The position numbers and the translations under genes were made by a program. This document shows, in pieces, positions 1 through 10,445 of a stretch of DNA of 64,000 nt. Below the pieces are notes generated by a model, which made no database searches, had not been told where the DNA came from, and saw only the letters and a program-made list of their open reading frames with translations. This DNA is from Lama glama. Lineage: Eukaryota. How positions within the stretch are numbered: position 1 is the stretch's first letter; each line of letters starts with the position of its first letter. The stretch spans positions 1,736,001-1,800,000 of the forward strand of contig CM052842.1 in the NCBI GenBank assembly GCA_028534125.1. Direction: 5' to 3'.

Positions 1-374
1 TGGGGCTGTGAAGCAGGCTAGCTCCAGAACGCAGCCTTTGGATGCGGTTATAAATGTCGCGAGCGGAAATAGAACAGCGGGAGCCAGGCTGGCAGCCCCA
101 CCGGAGGGGATGAACGTGCAGCAGGAGGAGGAGCCGGGGGCAGCGAGGGGGCTGGTGTTGCCTGCACGCACAGGGCGGAAGGGCCGGTACGCAGTCGCAG
201 CTCCACTAATGCTCCTAGGGGGAGTGTTCCCAGTGGGACACGGTTCTTAGGGCGGGTTTAGGATCTCCGAAATGCTGTTGGGAGTCGGAGGGGGTGGGTT
301 GCTTGGCCCACTCCTGCCGGGTGCTGTGTGTGCCCGGCGTCGCGGAATCAGCCCAAGGAGGTGAGTCCTGTGAC

Positions 375-610
375 CCCATTTTACAGATGACAGCAGGTCA
401 GAGCCAGGGCCGCTTCAGGGAGGGCCAGTTTGGCACTCGGTGAGAAAGGGCACGAGTCAGTGCAGGCAGTGGGCTGAGCAGGCCAAGCGTAGCCTGGAGT
501 CCAGTGGCGGCCTGTCCCAGCTGGCTGTGTGACCTTGGCCTCTCTGGGCCTGTTTGTAAAACGGGGATGAGGCCTCCCTGAATGATGAGGAGCAACGTGG
601 GAGGCATCCT
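375..610. mobile_element. MIR SINE fragments (two pieces, opposite orientation)
   Basis: CCCATTTTACAGATGA core at 375; GCTGTGTGACCTTGG...TGTAAAACGGGGATGA at ~524-570. Confidence 0.65.
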
Positions 611-879
611 CTGGTAACTTGGTCAAGTTTCCGTCTATTTCAGGAGCGTGCGGAGGCCTGTGGGTGCCCGTCTCTGAGTCGTTTGTGCCTTTGTATTCTG
701 AGGACGGCATCTGACCTTTTGGTCTAGTAACTCACTGGATTCGTCGCGTTTCAGAATCGTTGACAAGCTCTGTGCGGCCCTCCCCCGGCAGGGACGCCAG
801 GGCCAGGTGCGCCTCCGCCTTCCTGTGTCAGCGCAGCTCAGACTGACTTTCCCCGTGGTTCATTTCCTCATTCCCAGGA

Positions 880-1140
880 ATTAGTTTGTAAACAGCAGAG
901 GAACCTCAAGGTCTTTGTCTTCTTAAGAGAACTCATTATTCCCCATAGAAATTCTGATCAGGGAGCTGGGCAGTGTCCCTGCAGAACTCTCATCCATCAG
1001 CACACACACGTCTCAATTATTAATTCTTTTATAAATAACTTGATCTTCATCATGGCTGCATATTCTTTATGATAACTGTTATATTATTTAGATGTCAATG
1101 GCTCTGTGTTAATTGCAGCTGCTGGCGGGGCTGTCAGCTG
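880..1140. promoter_or_regulatory. AT-rich non-repeat island, candidate conserved enhancer
   Basis: Local drop in GC with TGTAAACA, AATTATTAAT, TTTTATAAAT, TGTCA and TTAATTG motifs; no repeat similarity recognised. Confidence 0.4.
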
Positions 1141-1520
1141 CAGAGAACGCTGGACTCTTCTGTCTGGGTTCAAGGTGAGAGCGGCCTTGGAAGTCCTTCC
1201 TCCCCCCGCCCTCCCCGTGCTCTCTGCCCCGCCAGCCACTGCTGGGTGGACCAGCCATGGCCAGGCAGCCGGCTCCAGGAAGTGAAGTAGAATGTTGAAC
1301 GAGGCTGGGCCTTTCTGCAAGGGCCGTGGGGCTGGGCGGGGGCTGGATGCCTCTGCAAGATCTTTCCACCCAGGTTTGTGGAAATCAGGTGTCCTCTTGC
1401 TACGAGGACATGGCCTGCAGGTAGGGGTGTCCCCATCACAGACCTGCTGTAGTCATGGCAGGCCCTAATTGGCCCTGGCTGCATCCCCTTGTCCCCATGC
1501 AAAGCAGAGGAGTCCAAAAG

Positions 1521-1597
1521 CTGCACTGTCCTGGGTGCCAGCCACCAGCTACGCGTGCCTCCTTAAATTGAAATTAATTCATTTGAGATTAAATAAA
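1521..1597 (+). mobile_element. MER33-like hAT-Charlie DNA transposon terminal fragment
   Basis: CTGCACTGTCC...AGCCACCAGCTACGCGTG...TTAAATTGAAATTAATT...ATTAAATAAA resembles the MER33 left end. Confidence 0.6.
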
Positions 1598-1703
1598 GGG
1601 GCTGGATGACAAGGAGGGCTGTATCCTGGCTCCATCCTCCCGTCATGAGCCTGCTCTTACCTCTCGTCTCTCCCCGGTCATTTCCTAAAGGAAGCCACAG
1701 CCC

Positions 1704-2052
1704 CGTGGGTTGATCAGCCCCGTGACAAACACCACACACTGGGCGGCTTAAACAGAGCTGTCTCCTGGTTCTGGAGTCGGGAAGCCCGAGATCCAGGTGT
1801 CGGCAGCTCTCTTCTTGGTGTGTCGACGGCTGTCTTCTCCCTGTATCCTCACGTGGTCATCCCTCTACGCATGTCTGGGTCCTGATCTCCCTTCTTATAA
1901 GGACTTCGGTCAGATGAGGCTCGGTCCACCCATGTGAGTTTGTTTCACCCTAATCACCTCTTTGGAGACCCACCTCTAAACACGGTCACATTCTGGGGAC
2001 CTGCGCTTAGGGCTTCAACACAGGAATTTCACTGAGCGTTCAGCCCACGGCA
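1704..2052 (-). mobile_element. MaLR solo LTR, MLT1A/B-like
   Basis: CACACACTGGGCGGCTTAAACA, CTTCTTATAAGGAC, TAATCACCTCTTT, GTCACATTCTG, GGGCTTCAACA, TTCAGCCCACGGCA match the reverse complement of MLT1 LTRs. Confidence 0.85.
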
Positions 2053-2065
2053 GTCACCTCCCCGC

Positions 2066-2290
2066 CACTTACAGATGGAGCGTGGCCTCAGGGAAGTAAG
2101 TGACCAGAAGGGCAAGTTTAAAAGTGAGGCATCTCTGTCTGTCTTCAAAGCCAGTGCTGTTTTCAGTAAATTCACTGCCTCCCTGAACCAAAATCCTGAG
2201 AAGTTACTTCATGACTCTGGGGCTCAGTTTTCTCACCCATAAAATGGTCACATCATCTTTGACCTGCTTGTTTGGAAGACTGAATGATTC
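2066..2290. mobile_element. MIR SINE fragments
   Basis: TTACAGATGGAG...AAGTAAGTGACC (minus) and AAGTTACTT...CTCAGTTTTCTCACCCATAAAATGG (plus). Confidence 0.65.
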
Positions 2291-2799
2291 GTTCATTTGT
2301 TGGAAGCACTTTCATTGGAGGGCGAGTGACTGGCTTTCTTATTTCTTCCTCCTCCTGTCGGCTCCTCCCGTCCCCTCCCCTCCCCTACTCTCCCCATAGA
2401 CACGCGGGGCCCTGGGGTGCTCAGGCGTCGTCCTGGGGTAGGGACCTCGGAGGGCAGGACAGTCAGGGATTCTGCCCTCCAGGCTTCAAGGTTGAGCAAA
2501 AGAGACAAGCGGGTAAGTGACGCCTGGGAAGGGCCCTCGGAGGAGCGGGAGAGGCCCCTCTCTCATGCTGACTGCAGAGCACAGGCCTCTCCCTGTGTCC
2601 CGCGTGATGCTGGTCACTGGTGGTCACTCTGGGCCTGAAGCCAGGCCTCATCCGGGAACGCCCATGCCAAGGAGGAGGGGGGACCGCTTTCTGTCCCCTC
2701 CAGCTGGTGAGCCCCCTTGCACAGTGGCAGCTTCTGAAAGCTGCCCGGCCTCCTCTCTGCAGAGCCTTGCCCAGCCTCCGCCCCTCCCCGCCCTCCCAT

Positions 2800-3070
2800 G
2801 TCATTTAAATAAATTTGCATACATTGTTTCCGATGAACCTTGATTGTTGCAGGAGCCAGGCACTTTGAATCATAAGTATATTCACCCTCCCCAGCCTCTT
2901 ATTGAAGAGTCCCGTAAATGTCCCACCTGCTGTCTCCCAGGTAGCTCTGTCCTGCCCCCTCCCCCAGCTTTCTTTCTTTTAATTTCTCGTTATCATGCTG
3001 CCAACGAGGGAGGGGCTTCTATTTTTATTTTTCATTTCTTGCTTAGCGGCTTCCCTTCTGGGTGAATTCT
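2800..3070. promoter_or_regulatory. Candidate enhancer with octamer and Sox-like motifs
   Basis: ATTTGCAT at 2813-2820 followed by ACATTGTT; TGATTG; AT-rich; preceded by GC-box-like CCGCCCCTCCCCGCCC. Confidence 0.4.
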
Positions 3071-3486
3071 GGCTGCTTGCCAGCCTTGTCTGGCCCCTGA
3101 GAAAACAGAGGGACCTGATTGTGGCTGGTGACATCCCGACGCCCCCCCCCCCGATGGCCGGCATCTGTGCCCGGGCAGCTTCAGGCCTGCTCTGAGCGCC
3201 CATCTCGGCTCTGGTGTGGAGCGGGGAGGGGCAGCGGTGGGCCGCCCGCCCGCCCCACTGGGCTGCCGCAGGGCTTGGTCGTGCTCTGGAGGCGAAGCCC
3301 AGCCACCTGCCCACCGTCCCAGGCTCTGGCCACAGAACTGTGCCCACCACCCGCTGTGAGTTCCAGGGAGGGGAAGATGGCGCTCCCCCAGAGGGGGCTG
3401 CATGTGGTGCAGGACGGGGGCCGTGTCAGGTGAAAAGCTTCTCAGGACGTGCCCACGGGGCTGTGGCCACCAGGGAAAGTCTGTGC

Positions 3487-3720
3487 TGATACAGGAACAC
3501 GGGGCGAGAGGAGGGCCGTGTCACAGGCCTCGGTCCAGTCCCTGCGACGCACTCCGCCAAGTCAGGGTCCTTGGCTTCCCACAGGAAAGAATTCAAGAGT
3601 GAGCCGTAGTTGAGTAAAAGCAGACTTATTCAGAGAGATGCACACTGCCTAGACTGAGTGCCGGCCATGTCAGAAGGACGGAGAAGGCCACGAGGGGCGG
3701 GGCTGCCGACCTCTACGGGC
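3487..3720 (-). mobile_element. Truncated ERV1-type LTR, same family as 59712-60255
   Basis: Starts TGATACAGGAA like 59712; shares GCCAAGT-AGGGTCCTTGGCTTC-CACAGGAA, AGTTGAGT-AAAG-AGA-TTATTCAGAGAGATG and GGCCACGAGG. Confidence 0.8.
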
Positions 3721-3721
3721 A

Positions 3722-3850
3722 CATTAGTGATGTTGTGCGTCCTTCCACGGGCTTGCTGGCCCTTCATGTGTCTTCCTGGGAGAAGTGTCTGTTCAAGCCC
3801 TCTGCCTCGTTTCTGCTTGGTGGTTTGGTTTTGGTTGGGTTGCAGAGGCT
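3722..3850 (-). mobile_element. Old L1 (L1M) fragment
   Basis: TAGTGATGTTG...GTGTCTTCCTGGGAGAAGTGTCTGTTCAAG resembles antisense L1 ORF2 3' region. Confidence 0.65.
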
Positions 3851-4215
3851 GGTGGCCGCGGGTCCTCTCTGTGAAGGTGAGGCGGGACGGGAGGATTGGC
3901 GCTGGGTCTCAGCACACATGCTGGGCGTGGGCGTGATGGCGGGAGGACGACGCTGCGGTCGGTGGTGACTGGGAGCAGGAGCAGGTGGATCGGCTGACGT
4001 TATTGGTGCTGACAGTGGAGGGGGCGAGGGGATGGCAGTGGGGCTGCTAGTGACCAGAACGTGCCCCAATTCTTGAAGCTGAGTTGATGCCGTCACCCGA
4101 TTCTCGGTTTCACAGAAGCTTTGCGTGGGGTGTGGGCGGGGGATGAAGGGCCTGCAGCTGTCACCAAGGTAGGGGCACAAGGTGGCCAGCTGGGCAGCGG
4201 AGAGAGAGGAAGTAT

Positions 4216-4412
4216 CTATTGAGTGATGGGCTCAGAGAGCTGAGCCCTCTGGCTTGGGAAGAAATTACAAACGATCCCATCAAACGCTGTTATTGACTGA
4301 GACTGAGACCAAATCTGACATTCATCCGCTGAGTTTGACATTAAAGAACAAGCCGGCAGTGGGATTTGCATAAATCTCTGGGGGGAGAGGCAGCTGGGGA
4401 AAAACCAATAAA
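4216..4412. promoter_or_regulatory. Candidate enhancer (octamer, TGACA, inverted repeat)
   Basis: GGGCTCAG-AGAG-CTGAGCCC at 4228-4247; two TGACAT; ATTTGCAT at 4364-4371; AAATTACA. Confidence 0.45.
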
Positions 4413-5761
4413 ACACGGGGACGGAGCACTAGGAGGGGCCCCCTGCTGTTCCTGGAGGATCTCCCCTCCTGCAGGCACCCCGGGGTCACCTGGAAACAGC
4501 ATAGGGGTCCAGGGCCGGGGTCCCCACGGGGGAAGGTGAGCCCCTGGGGTGATGGAGCCAGGGCAGAGCCTCTGTTCTTCCGAGGCCCCAGCAGTGTGAA
4601 GGGGCACTGGCCGTAGCACTGGGCGTGCAAGTCAGGGAGGCACTGGCCTCCCTGGGGTGTGTGTGGTCCGAGGCGGAGGCAGATCTGTGAGCTGAGGCTC
4701 CACGGGTGTCCCTGAAGACTCCCTGAGCCCCACACAGCCCTGATCCAGAGAGGGGCTCCGGGTGTGACAGTGGAACAGGAGCAGCCTGGGATGGGCATGG
4801 CCAGAATGTGCTGTTTGGACCCCCTGCTGCTGTGGCCCGCTGCCCCACGCCCGTTAGCCCAAGTCCTCCTCTGTGGAGTGTGTGGCCCACTGCCCACCCC
4901 TCCGAGGGGTCCATTCCTTCAAGCCCTCTCCTTCCTCAGTGGAAGCCCCTTCCTTGACAGCTCCAGCTCACTACCTTCCCAGGCCAGGTCACCTAGGGGG
5001 CCCCCGGTTCCCGCCCTGCAGCCCCAGCTCCGAGAGGGGTCAGCCTGCTCACAGCTCTGCCCACCTCCTGGCACGTGGCCACTACAACATCACATCTGAG
5101 GAGCTACAGGCAGGTCCCCTGGGAGAAGGGCTGCCGGAGGCGGAGGCCCAGGGGTCTGCTGCAGTGAGTCTGAGAGGGCCCCCAGGTCTGGGACGCCAGG
5201 TAAGAACCCAGGGCCAGCAGCGAGGAAGGGTGCTGGGACCACCCTGATGTCTGAACGCTGGCCTTGGGGGACAGAGGAGGAGGAAGAGGTGCCGAGAGGG
5301 GCTGAGCCTGTCTGGGTCGGGGTCGGGAGAGGGCAGCCAGGTGTCAGCCCAGCAGGCGCTGGGGAGGAGGGAGCCCAGCAGAGCCCCTCCCCTGGGCTCT
5401 GTCACTGGGCAGATGGCTCACTTCTGAGGGTGACTGTCTGTCCCCCATGCCCCGCCCGGACTGGGGCTGCTAAGAAGCAGGGCCGGGAGCCGGTTCTGTT
5501 CATGTCACTCTGAGACACAGCCTGGGGCGGGGCCGACTCCTCCGATGGTGGCCCTATTGGACCTGCGGCTCCGGCTCCATCGAGGCAGGGGTGCAACCTC
5601 GTGATTTCCCCCGAACTGAAGGTGCTGGCTTTCCTGCCTCTGGCAGTGACGGACACGAACACTGCGGCCGCTTAATGAAGCGGGAGGAGCGATGGGCACT
5701 ATTGATTAGAGGGCTCGGGGCTGCACCCGGCAGAACAAAGTCAATTTTCCCCTTCAGTTCA

Positions 5762-5830
5762 GCTCAGCAAACATTTATTGAGCACCGACGACAGCCAGGC
5801 CTGTGCTGGGAACAGGGGTGCCGGGAGGAC
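5762..5830 (-). mobile_element. L2 3' end fragment
   Basis: TCAGCAAACATTTATTGAGCACC...CCAGGCCTGTGCTGGG. Confidence 0.7.
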
Positions 5831-6904
5831 TCCAAAGCCGGAAAGCCACGCAGAGCCAGCGCCCCGCAGGCTTCATCTTCCTGAGCCCCCACCGCCCACT
5901 GGGGCTCGTGGAGCTGAAGGGGTCTGCGCAGGCCAGCCAGCGAGGAAGCCGAGCCCGGGGCGGCTGCGGTGCCGGCGCAGCTGTGCTGCTTGCTCAGAGA
6001 CCCGGCCCCGGCCTTGGGGAGCCACCCGGTTGAGGGAGGTCTGGCTGGGGCTGGGAGCACCTGCGTCCTGGGGCCCACACAGCAGGGCCCGCCCCTGCCC
6101 AGGCCTTGCTTTTCTGGGTGGCGCCCGTGGCATTTGATGTTTCCAGCGCTGGGCTCTGTGTGGGAGGAGGGCCTGCGCTGCGGGCACTGGCATTTCCCCG
6201 CTTTCCTGGTGGGGGCCCGCACTCCCCTGGACCACACGGCCAGGAAGGGGTTGGCTGACAGAGCTCCCGGCTGGGCCCCCCCAGGCCAGGCTGCCTCTGG
6301 GGGCCCAGAGGGCAGAGGTCCCTGCCGGTCCTGCACTGCGTCCACAGAAGCAGCTGCCTCTGAGCCCCATTCGCAGCTGGGGAGGGGCAGGCGGCGTCAG
6401 GGGCTGTTTCCCTTATTCACTGACCACCATCCCCAGCTCTCAGCTTCCACCGTGTCCGCCTGGGCTCTTCCTGGGGTTTCCTCTGCAGGGAAGGCTCTGG
6501 GACAAAGACGAGCCCACGAAGCACAGGACCAGCTTCTCCCCAGGCAGTCTCATCTGCCTGGACACACAAGAAGAGGGTTTACCCCTGGGGACACGTGCCG
6601 GATGCTGAGTCCCAGCTGGGTACGGGGCGAGGGGGATGCCCCTTCAGGTCCTCCCCCCAGCTGGAAAGAGTAGAGGTTGTCTGTGATGACATAGCTGCGG
6701 TAGAAATTCAGACATGACTCCGAGTACATAGCTCTGCCTCTCGGGGCTCACACCCCTTCCACCATCTGAGAGACCCTGGAGCACCACAGAGGTAACTGCA
6801 GGGTGAGGGCCTCATGGGCCAGGGCAGGGCCAGCTGGTGGGAGTCCTGCGGGGAATGTGCCTTCTCCCATCGCCCTGTTCTCCTCAACATCCCCCGCACA
6901 TGAC

Positions 6905-7030
6905 GCCCATCTACCCACCCACTGTCCACTGTTGGCCCATCCATCCATCCGTCCCTCTCCCATCCCCCACCCCCATCCCCCATCCATCCATCTGCCATCT
7001 GCCATCCCGTCACCCGTTTATCTTCCATTC
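6905..7030. repeat. Degenerate (CATC)n simple repeat
   Basis: Repeated CCATCCATCC/CCATCT units. Confidence 0.85.
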
Positions 7031-10000
7031 ATCAGAACATCTCCACACACAGCCCTTCACGTGTGACCAAGGGCTCCTTGGCGAGAGGGGCAGAGTAGCC
7101 ATGTGGACGGCGCTGCAGGGCTGTCAGGGCAGGAGGGGTGAGGAGAAGAGTGTGTCCTGTTGGTCGCAGCTGGCGCCATGGTCATCTGCTTCCCGACCCC
7201 TGCCCTGCGGGCTGGGAGGAGAGAGCAGTGGGTGCAGTCGGGAGGCAAGACTGCTGCACGTGCCCTCAGCTGACACGAAGGACAGGCGGGGACAGTCACC
7301 ATGGTGAGTACCTTGTCTGTACGGTGGCATGACCAGCAGCCTGGCTCTGCGTCCGTGCCCAGGAACAGGGCGTTGCCAGGGCTGCTCAGGTAGGAGCAGA
7401 GACCTTGCGGAGTGTGTAACTGAGTGACACGCAGGGTTGACTAGCAGGTTGGTGAGGCCTCAGACATCTTGGGCACCAGCCAACTGCTGTCCACACCTCT
7501 ACTCCCTCAGATCTGCTGCAGACCCACTAGGCAGGTGTCACCTCTCCCAGCATACAGGTCAGGTCCATGAGGCTCCAAGGGGACAGGATGTGCCAGTCAA
7601 GTGATGGGAGCTACAGCGGTCAAGACTGGGTGCCCCCTGCACGGCCAGGTCAGTGGCTACAAGGCACAGGCTGTGCGTCAGAGGAGGGAGCCCCCAGCCC
7701 CTGAGTCTGGTGGGGCCTTCCTGCCTCCTGGCCTTTGCCACCTTGTAACTCCCCAGCATCCTGCTCTTGGGACCGGGCGAGACGTGCTCAAAGTCCCCAT
7801 CTGCCTATTAGCTGCTGGGCGGCCTGGGCGAGGAGCTCGTCCTCTCTGGTTCTCCACCACGTCCCGTGTTAACTAGGCATAATTGTGCTGCATCACGGGA
7901 CCCTGCGAGGGGCCCTTCTGCCCCCGGCAGGTCAAGGGGCCGAGCTGGCAACCGAAGTGGTGTTTTCCCGATGTCTCTTGTCCCGTCTTGAGATCCATTT
8001 GGGTTCACAACATCGCCGTGTTTTCTCCTATCTAAACACAATGTTCTGAATCACTTACCAGTTAAATGACTCCACTTTCCAGCTTCATGTCTTCAAATAA
8101 TCCCAATGCCCAGGTAAGACAAGCCACGTCTCCAGCTGGCCCAGAGCGGCCCTACCCTGATCTGCTGGGTGAGCGGGAGTTCAGGGCCCAGGCGCCCCGG
8201 GCGGCCGGCGGGGCTGCAAGTTTGGTCAGAGCGAGTGCGGGCGCTGAAGGCAGGCTGTGGGCTCGGGTCCTGGCTCCGTCCGCTTCTCCAAACGTCAGCC
8301 GTGAGCAGGGGCCACCCTGAGCCCGCTACTCTCACCCGGGACCGGTGTAGCCTGGGACCAGCCCCAGGACTGGTTCTGAGGACCCGAGAGGTAACCGGAC
8401 AGAGCCAGTACGTGCTCACTACCGCACTGCCCGCTCCAGGAGCCCCGACAGCCCGAGAGCAGGCCCCTTGGCGGCGCTGTGCCTCAGCCCCTCGTTGGAC
8501 AAACGGTTATCAGTGGAGCCGCAGGACACCGCTGTTGGCGAGGGCGCCCAGCATGTCCCAGCCGAGGAGCCCGAGCGGACCGGCGGCCTCTCCTTCTGCC
8601 CCGGGTCGGCACGTTCCTCAGGAGCGGGAGGAGGGAGGCTGCTGGTGGGACATTTCCTGGGCTGCACACTCGGGGCCACCAAGACACGTCCCCTGCTGCC
8701 ATCATCCCCACCGGCTCATAAATCATGGCCCGCCAACTGTGGTGGGTCCCACGGACCACGTACCTGCTTCTCGGCACACGGGCGGCCGCAGACCGGCCGT
8801 CTCCCCAGGGGTGGCCCCTAACTCAGTGCTCTGGGCAACCAGGGCAGCAGGAGGCAGGGACCCACGGGTCTGAGGCTCAGCACACTCAGGGGTGAAAAAC
8901 AACAGCTGAAAACAGCGAATAAAGGAAACGGGGAATTTTCTGACTCTCCGCCACACGAGGTGCAGGGCCTGTTCCGGATGTGGGGGCACGAGTCTGCTTC
9001 AGGAGGTGCCTGGGAGGATGGCAGGTGGGCTGGGGCTGGTTTAAGGTGTCGGCGTTTGCTAAGGGGAACAGATGGCTCCTGACGCGCTGCGTGTGGGACC
9101 TGAGGACGAGAGAGCCTTCACGATCCACACGTCACCTCCTGACCCGAGCAACCTCTCCCCTCGAGTCATGACTCCCGGGGGCTCAGCTTAGGCTCCAGGG
9201 GCGTGGAGCTGGTTCATCTACGCCCTGCACACTTTTCCTGCTCTTGGGGTCCCCAGGAAGCTGGGCAGGGAGGCGGTGTCCCCCCACGCTCATGCAGGCT
9301 CCTGCCCGACTTCAATCTGAGAGTGTCTTTGAGTCCTGCCGGGTGGTCAGAGCAGAGCCAGCCAATGCACAGTGGTCTGGGGTCCCCTGGTCTCTTCCCC
9401 AAGTGACATCCAAGACCCTCGTCTGGCTCAACTGCCTTCAGTGTGTTCCCGACGTGACAGTCGTCACCTCTTGGTGACCCCCTACCACCTCATCCAGGAC
9501 ACTGTCACCTCGGTGCTCAGAGCCTGCCGGCATCAGTGTCACCCTACCTCCCACTCAACACTGTCGCCTGCACGGCGCTCACCAGCCCAGACCCTGTGCC
9601 CAACATGGTGACCCGACCGTGACTTTTGAAACACAACACCGCCACCTCTCCACCACTGGGGGGACCTGGCCTCTGGGTGGTCGGAGGGAGGCTGGGGGCC
9701 TGGGCAAGAAGGTCACTGGCGAGAAGTGAGGGTGGCTTGGACCTGACAGTGGGGGTGGCTGTGAGGACAGTCGCCAGGACGGCCCGCCTGGACCGCAGGG
9801 CCTGTGAGGCCCTCCTGCCCCCCGGCAATGCCAGCCTGCCCAGGTGAGCGGGCCTGCCCCAGGGCTGGCAGGCTTGGGGGGGCAGCCTGGAGTCCCTGTG
9901 GCCTCCCCATGTGTTCAGAGATGGCCCACGGCCGGCAGCACCTGGCTGCCGGAGTTACACAGCTGGAGGAAGCAGGAGCAGCAGCAGGGTCTCAGCAGCC

Positions 10001-10199
10001 GCTGGCTCTGACCTCGGGAAGTCCCGGCAGGGAAGGCCCAGGAGAGGCAGTGAGCCCCCAGGAAGGCCGGCACCTGAGCCCTCATCTCCGGACGGAGCCT
10101 GGCTCTCGTGGCGTGTGGACGTGAGCAGGGCGGACCCCCTGGTGGGGCACCACGTAACCCCGAAACTGGACACAGATTCCTTCTGGAAAAGTTTCTCTG

Positions 10200-10445
10200 T
10201 CAGGAAGGATTCATCAGGGGGGTTAATTAAACATAATTGCAACAATGTATTTTTTAAAAGAAAAAGCTTTGACTAGAGAAAAAGCTCTGAACTGCCAGCA
10301 CAGTTACCCTTCTTCCTGCTTCTCGGCACTTGATTTTCATTGTGGTGAATAAGAATGTGTTACTTTTCGTGGGAAAATGCTTGAGACACAAAAGCACAGT
10401 GTTCATTCGTGTAATTTATTAAATCGTCAGACATTTGATGCCCTC
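10200..10445. promoter_or_regulatory. AT-rich candidate enhancer
   Basis: TTAATTAA at 10223-10230, CATAATTG, AACAATG (Sox-like), TAATTTATTAAAT, TTTGAT. Confidence 0.45.

Noticed and set aside
5764-8873. 190-234 aa ORFs in GC-rich sequence (similar ones at 19.6-20.7, 33.3-34.0, 38.2 and 46.4 kb)
   Set aside because: Overlapping in several frames, Pro/Gly/Arg/Ala-biased, no recognisable domain; expected where stop codons are scarce.
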